A stretch of DNA of 64,000 nt from NCBI GenBank assembly GCA_036172245.1, contig JAYWIR010000029.1, positions 1 through 64,000 of the forward strand. The letters run 5' to 3'. Origin of the DNA: Raillietiella orientalis (lineage: Eukaryota). The translations under genes and the position numbers were made by a program. A model generated the notes under the pieces. It ran no database searches. It was not told where the DNA came from and saw only the letters and a program-made list of their open reading frames with translations. Shown here in pieces: positions 1-8,567 of the stretch (within the stretch, counting starts at the first letter, position 1; every line of letters begins with the position of its first letter).

Positions 1-1284
1 GTTTGGAACATGTTCGCGGCTCCTCTCCTCCGTTCCTTTATTTTTGTTTGCTCCCCCACAGAGAGGATCAAAAAGCGGACGAGGGACCTCCTCCGTGTCG
101 CCCTTTGGGGCAACGGGAGGGCCTGAGTCCGCTTGAAGGACTTGTGCGCTCCGCGTCGGGACGGTGGTCTTGGCCTCCTGACATTCGAGCGGCTGAAGCT
201 GCAGCTCCAGTTCCGGATTTTGGCACTTGTGCCGGAGTTGTAGTGCATTTGTTGGTGCGTCCCTGCATGTCTCCTCCTTCAGCAAGCCACCGGCAAGACG
301 GGATTTACGTCGTTTCTCGGACTCCACCGAAGCCGCATCAAGCGATGTGGGCTTCAGCTACGGAGGGTGGCTGCGCTGGCAAGGAAAAATCAAGGATGGA
401 TCACCAGTCTCCCCGCGAACGGTAGTGCCTGGTTGCAGGAAACCGTTCGCACGTGGGGACAGTTCGGCATGCAACCCTCCCATCAGGAACGAAGGTTCCT
501 GTTTGGGTGTTACAGAAGTTGCACGCTCCGGGAGATCCTGGAGGATCCTAAGAAGAGAGCGTGGTCAGGAAGAACCCCCCTTGCTGCTGCGCTGGACTCC
601 CTAGTGGAACATCAGGACAGCGATGTTGCGGCAAAGTGGGAGGTTACAATAAAATTCTCCGGGAAGGAGAAGAAGCAGAGAGAGTGGAAGACGGGCCAGC
701 TAACTGATGCTGCGACCCCGAGTTCGCCTCCTAATGGACTTCTGCGCTGGGGAGCGCTGCTGGATGTTCCGATTGAACATCTGAAGTGGCCCCCGTTTCT
801 TATGGACACTTCCATCCTCCCCCTAAAATGGCAGAAGTCGACTTTCCTGTTGCAGCACTGGGGACTCCCCTGCAACGCCCGTCGACACCACTGGACCTGG
901 GGAGCAGTGGATCCCAATTGTGTAAGGTGCGGGGAACGGGAGTCCCTCTCCCACCTCCTAGTGGATTGTGTTGCCCTTCGGCCCCTTTGGTTCCGCTTTG
1001 CCGCGGCCATCGGTATCCCTTGCAGCAACCCCAGGGACGCACTAAAAGCCTTCTTCGTTGCCGACGCCCTGCGGCCAGCGTCCTCGATAGCAGCCTTGTG
1101 CTGCCTTCGTGGGATCGTCGCCTCCTGGAGCACGGCGACAGGAGGACCTAGCGATCAGGAAGCCATCCAGTGCGCCTCCGAATTCCTGAGGAGGGCGTTT
1201 CGATGGCGCCACCTGGATGTTCACAACAAACAAGAGCTTGCCAGCATCCTGAGAGGGATGATGCGGCCCCAGCAGCAACAGTGA
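1..1284 (+). pseudogene. ORF2 C-terminal part (post-RT region and zinc finger), in-frame stop at 124-126
   Basis: Frame 1 reads VWNMFAAPLLR...ALWGNGRA*VRLKDLCAPRRDGGLGL and continues into ORF 367-1284. Confidence 0.88.
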
Positions 1285-1502
1285 TCTCTTCCCGTTCCCT
1301 CCCACCCTTTGTTTTTTTTTGTTTAGTTTTTTTCTTTTTCCCCTTTCCCCTGCTGTCTTGGTGGACCGTACCGGTCTAGAAACCGGTGAATTGGCAGGCG
1401 CCGTGGTTCTTAGCTTCTGGCTGGAGCATTGCCACAGCCATTAATAATTTGTTTACAAAGTTTATGTTTTTAATAAACGACTCGGAGAAATCCGGGTGAA
1501 AA
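1..1502 (+). mobile_element. 3' part of an A-type L1/Tx1-like non-LTR retrotransposon (continues off the left edge)
   Basis: ORF2 C-terminus with zinc finger CVRCGERESLSHLLVDC, pyrimidine-rich 3'UTR, AATAAA at 1472 and hairpin ACTCGGA-GAAA-TCCGGGT. Homologous to the minus-strand A element ending at 18039. Confidence 0.92.
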
Positions 1503-2336
1503 TCGAAAGCTTTACGCAAATCGACTGCGACCGCAAGGGCTCCAGGCACCGCATCTTCTTCCCGGCTTCCCTCCCCCCTGTCAATGGAGAGTCTAGGACT
1601 TTCCCGACGTAGCTGCGCCTCGCGTTGTTGCAACTGCCAGAATGTGCTGGCGAGGAACGGGTTGGCCTCCATGGTTCGTCCGGGAACAGCGTATGTCTGT
1701 TCCGGACTGACCACGGACTCCGCAACCCGTCCCAGGCGCTCAGCCCATAGCTTGGGGAGCAACTTTGTGTCCGCATTCACTACAGTGATGGGATGCCAGT
1801 TGTCAACGTTGCGCAAGTCTCCTCACTTAGGAAGGAGACGTACTCTAGCTGACCGGAACGATTTGGGGACATCCCCACGTTCACGGATCAGCATACATAG
1901 TTTAAGCACCAGAGGAGCCAGCTCTGCCGCGAAGTGTTGGTAGAATTCAGCTGGCAAGCCGTCTTCCCCTGGTGCTTTGTACTTTTTCATTTTAGTGATA
2001 GCGGAGATTATCTCCGCCATCGAGAATTCTTGGAGGAATATGTTTATTTCTTCCTCCCTCATCGCTGGAGCACCCTCTGGCAGCAGGCGCTGCGCAGAGG
2101 AGCGCTCCGGTGGTCTCACCGCGTGAAGGGAGGGATAAAAATCCCGCAGAATGCGGCAAACCTGCGCTGGAGATACGTGCTCCTGGCCTTCTTCGTCGAG
2201 CAAGCAGGCAGACCCGGATTTCCAGGCCTGCCTCTCCGCTCCAGCCTTCATCTCCGCCAGGCGACGGACGTCGGGGTTGTTGGAGAAACGACGGGCCTGG
2301 AGATAGTTCCTGTCGTTCCTCACGCCTTCGCCGAAA
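1503..2336 (-). pseudogene. Middle of element E ORF2 (FGEG linker to RT motif DLRKAFD)
   Basis: ORFs 1823-2323 and 1376-1816 give KAPGEDG, NWHPITVVN, YAVPGR and DLRKAFD, with one stop at 1823. Joins in frame to 54438-55320 across the CGCCGAAA duplication. Confidence 0.88.
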
Positions 2337-2348
2337 GCCGGTGTGGGT

Positions 2349-2355
2349 GGACGTG
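2349..2355 (+). promoter_or_regulatory. Conserved 5' GGACGTG motif, putative internal promoter element (also at 7188, 8581, 10891, 37301, 39738 on +; 31448, 33760, 35155, 51408, 59129 on -)
   Basis: Present 5-13 nt inside all 11 element 5' ends and followed by a T-rich run. The function is inferred. Confidence 0.6.
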
Positions 2356-2444
2356 TTTTTTGGTCGCTCCGCCAGCGCCTGTCTGGGAAGCAACCGGAGT
2401 TTTTTTAGTGTAGTCAGGTGTTAAGTGTGGGTCGTCGGTGTCCG

Positions 2445-4195
2445 ATGGCAGCCGTGCCAGAGGACACCGCGATGGATGTGGTTGTGGGGGAGGCAAGTCC
2501 TACCACAGGACCTACATCTATGGGGGCAATAGTCCCTGGAACGTCTTCGCAGCCGGCGAAGACTTGGAGTGAAATGGTCGCCGCCCCATTGCGGAGGCCA
2601 TGGCCGAGGAAGCCGCCTATCGGGCCTCTGAATACAAGCCATCGCTTGTATACAAGGTAGGCCCTTTGTTTGAAGGAAACACGGCGCGCTCTTTCAGCAG
2701 AGCGCTACAAAATGCTAATGTCCGTGAGGAAGATCTGGACGGTCTGTGCGTGCTCAGCGGGGCGCAGCGGGTTGAGCTGATGTGCAAGAGCATCAGCCTA
2801 GCCGATCGCCTTATAAATACCACGCTGATCATGGACGGCCGTAAGATCTTCCCGGTGTCAATGGACCACTCGGTAGTGGTCCACTTGACAGGAATATCCA
2901 AGCGCATGTCGCGCACTGCCGTAAAAGCAGAATTAAGTAAGTACGGGGACGTACACGTGCTGTGGCCGAAGCCCACAATCTTTGAGGGCTACGGACGCCA
3001 CTTCGGGGGCTTGGCTGCGGCACACGTAACCCCAAAAAACGAAGCGAAGCTACCCCACAAACTTGAGGTCGCGGGAGAACCAGTAGACCTCTGGTATGCT
3101 GGCAAGCCACGGTATTGCGGCTACTGCGATGCGGTCGGACACATCCGTAAGAGGTGCCCGAACATCGTATGCTACTTGTGCGGGGAGAAGGGACACGTCC
3201 GTCGCGTGTGCCCTAAACGCCCCACCCCAATTTCCTCGGCCGCCAAAAAGGCGCAAGCGAAACGCGCGGGGAAAGAAAAATTAGAAAACCGTGAAACTGG
3301 CCGAGAAAAGCTGCCAATAACCCAAGCTCCAAGCGCGGCATCGGAGAAAAATCTTCCCGAAACCGCAGAGGGTGAACAGGGCTGGCAGCTAGTCAAAGCC
3401 AAAAAAGAAAAAAAGGACAAGCATGTCCCGAAGAAAGGAGAGAAGGCGGCGGCCGGAACAAAAGCTCAATCCGTGTCGCGCGTAAAAACTCTCCGAGAAT
3501 GCACGGTTACGCTGGAGCGCATTGACGTTCCCGCCGACACCACCGGAGGCGATACGGCTTCGATCGATTTTCCCGCCGCGACGAATGCGCGCGAAAACCC
3601 ACCCCCCGTTTGCGAAGAGGGTCAGCCGGACGACAAAATCGCCGAAACCAAGGACGCAGCCTTCGAGAAGGCCGCCGAGGAGCTTGCGGCAACGCTTGCC
3701 GAACGCGAGAACCCTTCGCGAAAGGGGTTGCGTAGGCCGGCAGCGGCTAAAGTGGCCCCCGCAGGTGAGTCGGACCGGGAGGCCGGAAGTGCATCCTCCT
3801 CTGCGGAAGCACCACCAAGGAAAGCGGGGCGAAAATCCCAGAAACCCCGAAGGTGCATTGCGCCTCCGCGCGAGGGGGATGCAATGGTGGAGGAACCAGT
3901 GGATGGCAGCGTGGGAGCCCAAGTCGGGCATCACCCACGTGCGGAAGCCGACGAGGAGGCGACTCCAATGGAGGAGGGTAACCAGGGGTCAGCAATGCCC
4001 TCTGAAACCGCCGAACCTGAACCACCCGCACCAATGGATGTGGGCCAACAGGTACGAACAACACCCCCTTCGCACGGGCAGCCGGAGACGTCGGCACGAA
4101 AGAAGGATGGGGAGTTGGTGGGCAAGACGCCAACCCCGTCCAGCGACCCGCCCCAAAAGGTGGCGGGAGCTCCACCGCCAGGTTCCCAGGAATAA
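2445..4195 (+). pseudogene. B0 ORF1, zinc-knuckle nucleic-acid-binding protein, one frameshift near 2585
   Basis: MAAVPEDTAM start in ORF 2418-2660, continuing in ORF 2600-4195 with knuckles CGYCDAVGHIRKRC and CYLCGEKGHVRRVC. Confidence 0.88.
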
Positions 4196-5077
4196 CACCT
4201 GGACTCGCCTGTCGCCGTCGGATCCGCGCGGCCAGTTGGAATGTTAACGGGCTGCGCGACGACGGAAACAGACGAGATACAGCCGCCACCTTGCGAGATT
4301 TCGACCTGGTACTTTTGCAGGAGATCCACGTGATCACCGCAAAAGACGCCCAGGAGATCGAAACGATTGCGGGAGGGCGGTTGTACTGGCGATGCGGCGC
4401 CCGCAACACTTGTGGGGTCGCGTTCTTCCTAAAGCCAGCCATTAACGCGGCCGTGAAGGGCGTGCGCTTTGGGGACGACGGACGGATCGGCCAACTGATT
4501 CTCAGATGGTCCGATTCGATCGACCTCATCGTCACCAATGTGTACGCTCCTAGCGGTAAACAGGGATACCAGCAGCGCAACGCGTTACTGGAAACCTTGA
4601 AGCGCGAATGGCTGGTGGACGCGGACGTGCGAAAGGCGCATCTGATAGCAGGGGATTTCAACGTCCGTCTGCTCTCAGATCAGCCCGGAGCACAGGGTAA
4701 CGCGATCAACGAGTTGTGCGCCGCCATGCGCGCGCGCAACTTGTTGACAGAAATAAGCGGGATGGTCAGCAGCGTGGACCACGTCTTCCTCGACGAAGAC
4801 CTGTGCACACGGGTCGGAAAACGAGGGACACTTGGATCGACGCTGTCGGACCATTCCCGGTTAGTTTTCGAGATGCGCCCGCGCGACAAGGGACCGCCAT
4901 CCAGGGATTGGCGTATGCCAGGGGACTAGACGCGCCTGTCAGGAGCGAAAGAACATCTTCGCGAATTCCTGCGAGGCGTCAGCCTCCAGAGTCTCGCGGA
5001 TTCCGACCTATTTAAGGACTTGGTAAGGGAGTTCTGCGAACAGTTCCCTATGCAACGTCTGCCCCGGGGATTCGGCG
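4195..5077 (+). pseudogene. B0 ORF2 N-terminus, APE endonuclease (no ATG; stop at 4927)
   Basis: Reads TPGLACRRRIRAASWNVNG, LLQE, TNVYAP, AGDFN, VDHVFLD, LSDH, LPRGFG. Confidence 0.88.
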
Positions 5078-7176
5078 TTATCACCCGGGTACGCCCGGGC
5101 CGTTTATTAATGAACTTTACATGCGTGGTACAAAGCCCCACCACGGCCGTAAACACAGAACCTGTCGGGACACCGGGACGCAGCCCGGCGTGGCACTCCC
5201 CGACAGCGAAGGGGGATGGGGATAAGACAAAAAGTAAAATAAAAAGAAACAAACAAAAAGAAGTTGGAGGGCAGGGAAGGGATCACTAGTCGCTGTGGGG
5301 AGGGCCCATCCGTCGAACGAAGCCCTCGAGGTCAGTCTGCATATTCCCCAGTTGGGGCCATCCGGCAGCTCTTCGCAAGAAGCGTTTGGCATACGGGATG
5401 ACATCCCTCGCCTGTGGACCCACTCCTTCGTTGTTGGCGTTGCTCCATGCCCCCACAATGCCACGGACGCAGCACAAGGCTGCGATGGCTGCGGCTGGCT
5501 GCAGTGCGTCCTTCACGAAGAGGGGCCGAAGAACGTCTCTGGGGGTGCTGCCCGTAGGGAGCCCGAGGGTCGTCCCGAACCGTTCCCAAAGGGGTCGTAG
5601 GGCAGCAGAATCCACAATAAGGTGGGGAAGCGACTCCCGCTCCCCGCACCTGGCGGACGCAGGATCCACAGCTCCCCTCGTCCAGTGGAAGAGGCGCGCG
5701 TTGCAGGGTAGACCCCAGTGCAACAAAAGAAACGCCGACTCTTGCCACTTGAGAGGCAGGATCCTCGATTCTTTCATCATCGGGGGCCACTTCAGCTCAT
5801 CCCAGGGGATGGCGAGCAGCTCGCCCCATCTTAATAATCCTCGCGGCTGGACGCTCAAGGTCGTGGCGTCGGCCAGTTCTCCTGTTGTCCAGCCGCTGAT
5901 CAACTTCTTGCGTCCCTCGATGCAGCAGGAGACTTGCCACCTTGGCGTCCGGGTGCTGTGAAGTGCCCGTCTTAGGAAGGGCAGCGCCGTTGCTAGGCAG
6001 GTCGTCTCTGCCCACGTGCATCTTGCTGGACTCTCCAGGAGATTCCGCAGTGTGCAGCGGGCGTAGGGGCTGCATCGGAGAAGATTCCACGTCTCCTGGC
6101 TTCTCTGGTTAACTACTGCCCACGTTCCAATATTCTCCTCCAGCCAGGCGGGAAAGTTGGCGGGGCAGCAAACCATCCAGCTGTTCTCCTTGGCCAATGT
6201 TACCATCCGCCCGAGCAGTAGGCCGCATCTTCGCATCTTCCGGCCACGGCTCAGAAGAAAAGACGCGAGTCCATCGCACCGGGACACACGGCTGGCCAGG
6301 AGGCGGGCCGGAGTGCACCAAGGGGTACTCCACATCTTCGCTGCGATGGCGAGGGTTCGCCACCGCAGCTGCCATGGGCTCCAGCGTCTGGAGAATAAGA
6401 CCGTCGTCCCGACGCGGATCGCGCAAGTCCTTCAGAGGGACTCGGGGCCTCCCCTTGCCCCAAAGGGCGTTGCAGAGGAGTTCCTTTCTCCTCTTTTTAA
6501 TTACTCCTGGGGCGGGGCAAACAAAAAGCAAGAAGCGGAGGATGAGGGCCGCAAAATCGTTCCAAACCGCGGCCCGTTCCGGCAAGTGAAACTTGCCTTC
6601 CAGGAACGGGCCGATCGCCGTGTCGACTTTTTGAAGACAGCTGGACCACGCTTCCGCAGGGGAGTAGTCACCCAACAACACACCAAGGTACTTGAGGCAC
6701 CTCGCCGTGGGGATCCCCAAACGGAACCAGTCCTGCTGCCCTGCCCACGCTGCACCTACTGGCACCAACGACGACTTCGCCCTGTTGACCTGCAGTCCGG
6801 TACCATGGATGAGCAGATCGAAGAAGTCTCCGGCCGCCTTCGCCGGGGTGGACATTGGCAACAAAAGCAGAAGATCGTTGGCGTTCCCTGCTACCGCGGG
6901 AGTGCCGGGGCACGAGATCGGCAATGGGGCCAAAGTCACCCTGTACGCTCTCAGCACCAACTCAAAGTAGGTGCTGAAGAGCAGGGGGCTGAGGCTATCT
7001 CCCTGCCTTATGCCCCGCCGCATTGGCACGCCATACACCTTTTGTCCGCTGAAAGAGACGATAATTATCGCATTCTGCCAGCAAGAGCGCAGGTAGGAAA
7101 TCAGGGAGGGTTGAAAGCCCATGCGACCCAGAAGCTCCAAGAGGAGTTCCTGGTCTACACAGTCGAACGCCTTGTG
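5078..7176 (-). mobile_element. 3' half of a B element (HKAFD to 3' end), frameshifted ORF2
   Basis: ORFs 6109-7140 and 5286-6335 (RRGIRQGDSLSP, YLG, zinc finger) plus the 3' AATAAA-hairpin at 5078-5108. Near-identical to 35173-37276. Confidence 0.92.
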
Positions 7177-8567
7177 CGCTCTAGGGTGGACGTGTTTTCT
7201 CGGTGCTCCTCGTGCCAGGAAGTCTCCCCCAGTGCAAGCGTCGTGTGGTTCGCTGGTCGATCAGGCGGCGATGCCTGACGCGACCACCAGGGATAGCCAG
7301 GGGGCAGCGGCAACGCATCCCCCAGAGGCGATGGAGAGCCAGAAAGCGGCGGAAACGTCGCCCCCAGAGGCGATGGAGATGGGGGCATCCGCCCCCACAG
7401 AATCGGTCCCCGCTGCAGCGCGGGCGTGGAGCGCCGTTGTGTCGGCGCCATCGCCTGCAGCCGCGGCGGAATTGTCGGCCTATGTAGAGGAGGGGTACAA
7501 CCTCTTATTGTTCTACAAGGTAGGCAATTTATATTCTTTAGAGAGCGCGCGCGCCTTCTCGAAGGGCATGCGCGCTCTCGATGTGAAAGAGGAGGAGCTC
7601 AGCGCTATGACCATCCGCAGCGGGAATCAGTACGTTGAAGTCATCTGCAAACAAGCAGAGCTGGCCCAACGACTGCTTAAAACACCCGTGGTGATGGGGA
7701 CGCACAGGCTGCTCCCTATTACGGCGGACCGCAGCATGGTGGTCCACCTGTTAGGTGTTACCACGCGGATGCGCAAGGAACAGGTTCGCGCCGCGTTGGA
7801 GGAATACGGAACGGTCCACGCGCAGTGGACGAAAGTTAGTCCTTTCGAGGAATACACGGGGCTGCAACACGGCCTCACTGCTGCGCGCGTGACCGTTCGG
7901 GAAGGGAGCACTCTTCCGCACAAACTGGTGCTCGAAGGCGAAACCGTCGACCTCTGGTATGTGGGGAAGCCGAAATACTGTGGCTTCTGCAATACGTCGG
8001 GCCACCTCAAAAAGAGGTGTCCCAATGTGCAGTGCCAAGTATGCGGCACAATGGGCCACACGAGGGAGGTGTGCCCAAAAGCAGCAGTGCGGGTGGTTTC
8101 CAAGAGAAACCTAAAAAACGCGCCCGGCTTCTGCAGAAAAGACTGGCGGCGAAAGCTGCCGCGAAGGCTGTGCCACCCGCGCCCAAGACCCAGGCCGCAC
8201 CCGAGACCCCGGCGACCAACGCCGAAAAAGTTGAGGGAGCCGGCCAGGAGACTGAGTGGCAAGTGGCAACAGCCAAAAAATCAAAGAAGGAGAAGAGGAT
8301 GGAAAAGAAAATCGCCTACCAGCAGAAGAAGAAGGAGCAGGGTAGCGCGATAATTAAAGAGTGCAGCGTCGTTGTCGAACGCGTTCTCGATGTTGCCGAA
8401 CGCTGCCGGAAAGAATTCGCCGCTACCGACGACCTCCCTCTGTTGACACAGTCAACAGCGAGGGGAGCGAGCCGGCGGCGGCGTCCGTCATCGACACCAC
8501 CATCGATGACGTAGCCTTCGCGCGAGCCGCGGAGGAGCTGGCAGCCTCGTTGCAGCCAGAACCCTCC
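7177..8567 (+). mobile_element. 5' part of an A element: 5'UTR and ORF1 from ATG 7271 (MPDATT...), frameshifted, cut at LQPEPS by B1
   Basis: GGACGTG at 7188; knuckles CGFCNTSGHLKKRC and CQVCGTMGHTREVC; inverted copy of 33780-35172. Confidence 0.9.

Larger units (their letters stand above)
2337..5077 (+). mobile_element. 5' half of B0 non-LTR retrotransposon (5'UTR, ORF1, ORF2 endonuclease up to RGFG)
   Basis: GGACGTG at 2349, gag-like ORF1, APE motifs; cut at GGGGATTCGGCG by an antisense B 3' end. Confidence 0.92.

Noticed and set aside
1285..1350. T-rich and pyrimidine tracts after ORF2 stops as microsatellites or antisense poly(A) tails
   Set aside because: They are internal 3'UTR tracts found at the same position in every family, well upstream of the true 3' end.
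2337..2348. Variable 5' leaders as guide sequences complementary to each family's target
   Set aside because: By eye I found no consistent match between the 5-13 nt leaders or hairpin loops and the target sites.
5078..5108. Recurrent palindromic CCCGGG hairpins as CRISPR repeats, attC sites or rho-independent terminators
   Set aside because: There is no regular spacing and no cas or integrase gene. Each copy marks a retrotransposon 3' end.
7121..7270. N-terminal extension MRPRSSKRSSWSTQSNAL on A ORF1 (also 35228 and 59202)
   Set aside because: It is the antisense of the host RT read through the insertion junction. The likely start is MPDATT.
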